Shown here in pieces: positions 59,272 to 64,000 of a DNA stretch of 64,000 nucleotides. The notes beneath the pieces are model-generated. The model did not search any database. It worked only from the letters and a program-made list of their open reading frames with translations, and was not told the DNA's origin. The DNA comes from a virus: the IMG/VR virus record IMGVR_UViG_3300042465_007464, positions 32,001-96,000 of that record; one strand, written 5' to 3'. Position 1 is the first letter of the stretch. The number at the start of each line of letters is the position of its first letter. Made by a program: the position numbers and the translations under genes.

Positions 59272-59706
59272 TTAATTAATGCAAATTGAATCCGTTTGGT
59301 TGATAATACGAAATATTCGCAAATATCTAGTAACTTTATCCCGTTTGAATGTTTTTTCCATGTTTTTATCACGTTGAATGATATATCCCGATTCCATGAA
59401 CTTGTATATGATATGTCGGGTAGCACGAAGGCTATTAGATTCAATCATAATGTTTTCATCGTCAATCATCACTTCAACAGCATCTTCCGGCAATTCCGTT
59501 TTAGATGAGTGCACGGATTCTGATTCTTGTTGAATAAATTGGTCGCGCAATGATTCAAAAAACGAGGTTAAATTCAACCCGGAACTACGAATCAATTCAG
59601 CTTCATATAATTCAAAGAAGAATTTTACGCGTTCTGCTTTTTTTAATTGTTTGAAGTAACTATACTCTGCATAGTTAACTTGCATTACATCAAATACTGT
59701 TTTCAT
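59272..59706 (-). CDS. Hypothetical protein
   Basis: 144 aa ORF in operon. Confidence 0.65.
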   Translation of the reverse strand: MKTVFDVMQVNYAEYSYFKQLKKAERVKFFFELYEAELIRSSGLNLTSFFESLRDQFIQQESESVHSSKTELPEDAVEVMIDDENIMIESNSLRATRHIIYKFMESGYIIQRDKNMEKTFKRDKVTRYLRIFRIINQTDSICIN

Positions 59707-59866
59707 GAGACAATTCCTTTATTACAAACAATTCTACAATCATATCAACTGTTAATTGTTTTCGTAGTGCAACAAATTCACGTGCCTCGGACAAACTCGT
59801 TGCCATTACACGTCCTATGGGTTCACATTTCTTATCCGTTTTAGAATAGTATACAAATGTTTTCAT
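59690..59866 (-). CDS. Small hypothetical protein (58 aa)
   Basis: Manual translation MKTFVYYSKTDKKCEPIGRVMATSLSEAREFVALRKQL...; SD AAAGGA; late motif 59883-59890. Confidence 0.7.
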   Translation of the reverse strand: MKTFVYYSKTDKKCEPIGRVMATSLSEAREFVALRKQLTVDMIVELFVIKELSHENSI

Positions 59867-59880
59867 AGGTACATCCTTTA

Positions 59881-60273
59881 TTATAAATATAGGCCTAGTT
59901 CGTAAGCTCTCATGGTAGAATTCATTGCGTCTGTGATAGTTTCGGATAATTTACCGATTTCTGTCTTGTTTAGCATGAATGTTCTGCCACGCAATGAAAC
60001 TTCAAATGTTTCTGTTTTACCAACTCTTTCAGCATACAGGTTATTTGATAACGTTTCAATTGATTTAGCGTAATTTAATAAATCTTTGTAACGCATAGGA
60101 ATTACAGCGCCAGCAACGTGCATTTCGCCGATTAATGTCCCTAATGGTTCGGATCTAAAATTGTCTGCAGATATTTTGTCTTGAAAAACAAAATCTAATT
60201 CTGCCCAAGTGTTGCCATAGCGCGTTCTAAATTTGTCGCTAATTGCCCATGGCTGATTGATACTTTTTTTCAT
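59881..60273 (-). CDS. Hypothetical protein
   Basis: 130 aa ORF in operon. Confidence 0.65.
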   Translation of the reverse strand: MKKSINQPWAISDKFRTRYGNTWAELDFVFQDKISADNFRSEPLGTLIGEMHVAGAVIPMRYKDLLNYAKSIETLSNNLYAERVGKTETFEVSLRGRTFMLNKTEIGKLSETITDAMNSTMRAYELGLYL

Positions 60274-60284
60274 GTTTTTATGTT

Positions 60285-60569
60285 TTAACGTTTATGAATT
60301 CGATTTGCAATTCGTTCTTTATTTTGACGTTTTCTCTCTGCCGGCATCATTTTCTTCAAAGGATGGGTTCGATTCATGTTACGTTCGGTTTGCACGGTTA
60401 AAAGTGCGTTATTCCAAGCATCTTCCGGCGTATCACAATCTGGCAATAAGAAAATATCATTAAGATTTTGTTCGTTCCACAAAACAAAGTATTTACCAAA
60501 GGCAGATGCGATATCTGCCCCTGGATAAAATTGATTTACTTTGCGTTGTATGGATTCTAGCTTATGCAT
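60285..60569 (-). CDS. Hypothetical protein
   Basis: 94 aa ORF in operon. Confidence 0.6.
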   Translation of the reverse strand: MHKLESIQRKVNQFYPGADIASAFGKYFVLWNEQNLNDIFLLPDCDTPEDAWNNALLTVQTERNMNRTHPLKKMMPAERKRQNKERIANRIHKR

Positions 60570-60837
60570 GGCATATTGGTAATGCTTCTTCTGCTACTAG
60601 ATCCTTGTAAGGTATGGTGCATTCGATAGCACCACTATCAACTAGCTTCTCAGTAAGCGTTTTGTTGATATAAGTTTGGTTTGATTGGGAAGTTCCTACA
60701 TAAACCACCGCACTTCGGTTCTCAAGCAATACATCATAAACCGTTTGTTTGCTAACAATGTGTTTATCTAATACTACTCCTACTCGATGCGTGTCTCCCT
60801 GGGTAACGATTACCGTATTTCCTGCTCTGTATCCCAT
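60562..60837 (-). CDS. Hypothetical protein (SH3/KOW-like)
   Basis: Y..G..V.V......GVV........YDV pattern. Confidence 0.6.
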   Translation of the reverse strand: MGYRAGNTVIVTQGDTHRVGVVLDKHIVSKQTVYDVLLENRSAVVYVGTSQSNQTYINKTLTEKLVDSGAIECTIPYKDLVAEEALPICHA

Positions 60838-61046
60838 TATTCTAAGATTTTGATGATTTTACTTGCAGTCACTGACTTAACTTCGAAGTCGAATGTGTAA
60901 CCGGTAAAGTCTTTTACAACTTTTGCTTCCGCTTCGGTAACTGACATAGCTTCTACTAGGTAAGTTTCGGTAATTTTCTTGATTTTCGGGCCTTTCGGCG
61001 TGTCAACTTCATCTGTAAGTTGAATTTTTGCTACGTAATAACTCAT
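60837..61046 (-). CDS. DUF4494-like protein
   Basis: KK.TE.YLVEA.S.TEAEA motif, recalled from the Bacteroidota DUF4494 family. Confidence 0.75.
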   Translation of the reverse strand: MSYYVAKIQLTDEVDTPKGPKIKKITETYLVEAMSVTEAEAKVVKDFTGYTFDFEVKSVTASKIIKILE

Positions 61047-61106
61047 TTGTTTAAAAATTTTATAACTTATTTAAAATATAAGGAAAAAAAAGCAAGTTTC
61101 AAATGT

Positions 61107-61925
61107 TTACTTGCTTTTTTCCAATGATTTTTGCAAACGTTTTTGATTTTTATGGAATTCGTAAGACTTACGTATATCTTTTGGATCCAATTTCAAAGTT
61201 AACTGCAATGTATCTAATATGTCAGCAATGATACGTTGCTTTTCGTTGGCAGTTTTGGTTTTTTTATCAATCATATCAATGATTTTGTTCAATTGATAAA
61301 CATACCCTTTTGGTAATCTTTTTAAAATGCGAGAACGTTCTACTGCAATGTCTGTTAATGTAGTAGTTTTCTTGTCATTTTTAGTTTTTTCGCTGATAAG
61401 TTGCTTTGCAATGGTTACTGATTCTTTAAGAATATCGCCGTAACGAACAACCCACGCAACTTCTGGTGCGGGTGCTGGTGGCATTTCCGATCCACCACCC
61501 ATTGCTGCCCCAGATGCAGATGAACCTTTTTCAATTTCGGCTTTATCATCAGCACCTAATCCTTTCACAGCATTAAGACTTAGATTTAATTGTATGGTAT
61601 AATCATTATTACGACCAAAGCCACCATATGGTACAATGGAAATAATTTTTCTTTTGATTAATCCGTTTAATATTTCCGGAGTTAAATTCAAGTCTCGGCC
61701 CGAACGTGCAATGAATTCTTCAATGCCAGCATTCGATTTAGAATACAAAATTCCAATATGGTTTGTACCATATGCATCAAACTTTCCAAGAAACTTTTCT
61801 TCTGCAGGAGTAAATGGAGAATTTTTAGCATCTTTAGGTGCATTATCGGTTTCTCGCTTTACGGGTGCTTCTGGCTGTTCTTGTTCAGCTATGATGCGAC
61901 GAATTATGTGTTCTAGTGGTTTCAT
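61107..61925 (-). CDS. Hypothetical protein (possible head protein)
   Basis: MKPLEHIIRRIIAE/Q leader; further ILKE and LISE sites. Confidence 0.65.
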   Translation of the reverse strand: MKPLEHIIRRIIAEQEQPEAPVKRETDNAPKDAKNSPFTPAEEKFLGKFDAYGTNHIGILYSKSNAGIEEFIARSGRDLNLTPEILNGLIKRKIISIVPYGGFGRNNDYTIQLNLSLNAVKGLGADDKAEIEKGSSASGAAMGGGSEMPPAPAPEVAWVVRYGDILKESVTIAKQLISEKTKNDKKTTTLTDIAVERSRILKRLPKGYVYQLNKIIDMIDKKTKTANEKQRIIADILDTLQLTLKLDPKDIRKSYEFHKNQKRLQKSLEKSK

Positions 61926-62110
61926 TTTCCAGCTTTTGCTTCTGCTAATTGAGTTGAACGATACTTGCTAACTAATTTTTTCATCTCATTGATTGATTTT
62001 CTAGCTCTAACGCCAGCAGCTTTAACTTGTTTTTCTTGGAAACGGGCATGGTTTTCTTTAAACTCTGTCCAATGTGCTTCCATTGCTTCATAGATTTCTT
62101 GTGATGTCAT
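61922..62110 (-). CDS. Histone H1-like (Hc1-family) small basic protein
   Basis: KAAG.RARK...E.KKL...YR motif. Confidence 0.7.
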   Translation of the reverse strand: MTSQEIYEAMEAHWTEFKENHARFQEKQVKAAGVRARKSINEMKKLVSKYRSTQLAEAKAGK

Positions 62111-62138
62111 ATTAACCTTTTTTTATTTATTATAAATA

Positions 62139-62336
62139 TCATTGTCGTACAAAACGGTCCATAAACGCATAAATGTTATCTGATTTAACTTTAAGCGTAG
62201 TATAATCTGTTAATTCGATTATGATATTTTCTTTTTCTTCGTAAACTCGTTGTATATGTATTTGATTGACAAACTGTATGGATTCTGTGCCTTTATCTGA
62301 AATTACAGTAACTGCCACAAAATCCGTTCTCATCAA
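62139..62336 (-). CDS. Small hypothetical protein
   Basis: 65 aa beta-rich ORF. Confidence 0.6.
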   Translation of the reverse strand: MMRTDFVAVTVISDKGTESIQFVNQIHIQRVYEEKENIIIELTDYTTLKVKSDNIYAFMDRFVRQ

Positions 62337-62767
62337 TCTCCAGTATATCTACTTCCTAAATGACCTTTTGATACGTAACTAGGAGAATCGTATGGATTCG
62401 CCGATGTACGTATTCCGGTATCTGGATTTCTTTTTTGCAATTTGTTACCTACTGCTACTCGCAAATCCATCATGCTACTAGGATTTTCTGTTGCATATTG
62501 ATATAGTTCGTCTGCTAACGTTTTTAGATCATCATCAGTACCATTGATTTCACCTTTCAACCAAACACATACTTCAGCAGTATTTGCAAAACGATTTTCT
62601 TTATCTCGCAACATATGCATGATTCCGCGATAATATAAATCTGCATCATTTGGTAAACCTTCTGCAAGTGTACGGCGACCATGTTCTTTGATAATGCGTT
62701 TAGCACGACTTAATTCTTCTCGTAGAATTTCAATGTGTCTCGGATCGTTAAAATCAAAAAGTTTCAT
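62333..62767 (-). CDS. Hypothetical protein
   Basis: 144 aa ORF, translationally coupled to its neighbours. Confidence 0.6.
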   Translation of the reverse strand: MKLFDFNDPRHIEILREELSRAKRIIKEHGRRTLAEGLPNDADLYYRGIMHMLRDKENRFANTAEVCVWLKGEINGTDDDLKTLADELYQYATENPSSMMDLRVAVGNKLQKRNPDTGIRTSANPYDSPSYVSKGHLGSRYTGD

Positions 62768-63144
62768 TATTTCAAGTTTTCTAATTTATAAATGGTTGAA
62801 TAAATCAATTCTTTAACATTATCCATTTGATTTAAAATGTATGTATCTTTGGCATCTAATTTATCGTATGCACGTTCAACGAATTGAGCTAGTGCTTTGA
62901 AATACTTAAGTTCATTTCCATTGTTAGTGTTATCATCAAATTTTTCAGCCGGAGAATATCCTTTAACGATTCCATGTTTTCCTTGATATGCTTCCACTAA
63001 TACATCAGTTAATCCTGGTATTGCATCATAGTATGTGTTGAGTGCTAAGTGACGTGCTAAAGATCCATCACCTTCAGTTTGCCAATGGAAAATATGAGCT
63101 TGGTCTCTCGAAGCCATTAAAGTTGATATTAATTTTTCAAACAT
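62767..63144 (-). CDS. Ferritin/Dps-like four-helix protein (DUF5856-like)
   Basis: H..HWQT......H.AL..YYD......D.LVE.YQG...YKL..L. Confidence 0.75.
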   Translation of the reverse strand: MFEKLISTLMASRDQAHIFHWQTEGDGSLARHLALNTYYDAIPGLTDVLVEAYQGKHGIVKGYSPAEKFDDNTNNGNELKYFKALAQFVERAYDKLDAKDTYILNQMDNVKELIYSTIYKLENLK

Positions 63145-63162
63145 TGAGTTCCTTTATTATAA

Positions 63163-63999
63163 TTATGATTTGTATGACTTAAAAAATGTTTCCGCAGCAG
63201 CCATTCTCTTTGGACTTATTTCACTAGGTCTTTCAAAATATTTTGCAAATGCATAAGCAGCATCGGATGGTGTTGAAGTAGATTTTATTTTAGATAACGA
63301 TCTAGATTCGGTAGTATTCATTTCGTGCCATAGATATTCCAATTGACCTTCTACTGAATTTGGATCAAATCCATTTTCTTTACACCATTTTTCTAAATTA
63401 GTCCAACGTTCATTATGCCATTGTGCTAATCCACGAGATGTACCATTATCGCCAACAGCAGCTGTATTGAATGCAGATTCCTGATTAATGTTACCGGCAA
63501 TACCAGCTGCTTGTTCTGGAGTTAAACCTTTTCCAACAAAGAATTTAATTACATCAGTACCTTTAGTTACAACGCCAGCTGACAATGTTGCAGCAGCAAC
63601 CGATCCGCCACTATAACTAGATCTAGCCGATGCAACAGAAGATCCTGGAGTTCTGTTATTTACCGCATTGGCTGGTGCCGTTTCTGAACCAAGTACTTGT
63701 TTTTTCCATTGATTTGCTAAAGATATATGTGCATCTGGATTCAAATGTACGTGATCTTTACCGAATGCACGTTGTCCGTATGAATTAGTATCTATAGTTA
63801 CATCAGATATATTTTGTGCATTAACCCAACGTGCAATTGCATCATTTGATGGATATCCCGAAGGGCTATAATATTTATCGCCTTGCACTACGAATTGTTT
63901 TGTTGGATTTGATATAGCAATTACCCGTGCTCCACTTTGTTTTGCTATGTTGTACGCATCGGAAAGATTTTTAATTGCCGCATCTGCAGTTTTTGCCGC
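63163..63999 (-). CDS. SGNH-hydrolase + phage tail lysozyme fusion, N-terminus beyond right edge
   Basis: Frame is open to the edge (AAKTADAAIKNLSDAYNIAKQSGARVIAIS). D.VH.N...H SGNH block V, then AAGI.GNI.QES..N.....GLAQW...R...QL.YL..E...F...FERP lysozyme motifs. Confidence 0.82.
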   Translation of the reverse strand, partial: AAKTADAAIKNLSDAYNIAKQSGARVIAISNPTKQFVVQGDKYYSPSGYPSNDAIARWVNAQNISDVTIDTNSYGQRAFGKDHVHLNPDAHISLANQWKKQVLGSETAPANAVNNRTPGSSVASARSSYSGGSVAAATLSAGVVTKGTDVIKFFVGKGLTPEQAAGIAGNINQESAFNTAAVGDNGTSRGLAQWHNERWTNLEKWCKENGFDPNSVEGQLEYLWHEMNTTESRSLSKIKSTSTPSDAAYAFAKYFERPSEISPKRMAAAETFFKSYKS

Positions 64000-64000
64000 A

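Noticed and set aside
1-64000. Alternative genetic code (stop reassignment)
   Set aside because: Core genes translate full length in code 11 with tight packing, and TAA, TGA and TAG all occur as stops.
1-64000. tRNA or rRNA genes
   Set aside because: Intergenic gaps are short and I saw no cloverleaf or T-loop signatures; tRNAscan-SE would confirm.

Overview
A 64-kb, AT-rich, densely coding segment of a large T4-like (myovirus-type) phage genome. Almost every gene is on the minus strand, and standard genetic code 11 gives clean ORFs. From left to right it contains: tail sheath (cut by the window edge), a long TAS/SGS-rich fibre protein, neck and tail-completion genes, PhoH, major capsid, scaffold, ribosomal protein bS21, prohead protease, portal, large terminase, two HNH endonucleases, a multi-domain nucleotidyltransferase/ligase-like protein, a single-chain Mre11-Rad50, primase, an endonuclease-I-like resolvase, three MI[KR]LK..L.E-leader proteins (one a minimal kinase), a baseplate module, a gp55-like late sigma factor, an HD protein, UvsE, a twice-repeated convergent gene-pair cassette, small genes (DUF4494-like, histone-H1-like, ferritin-like), and an SGNH-lysozyme fusion (cut by the right edge). 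A Bacteroidota host is inferred from the bS21 sequence, TTG-N19/20-TAnnTT promoters and signal peptides followed by Gln. The main candidates for undescribed biology are: (1) the 56.2-58.7 kb cassettes, which pair a late, leader-bearing protein with an early, secreted protein, each with a conserved 5' end and an unrelated core; (2) an HNH domain inserted in frame without intein motifs at a likely protease site; (3) Shine-Dalgarno sites concentrated on late genes, next to a phage bS21. All family assignments come from motif recognition by eye; no searches were run.
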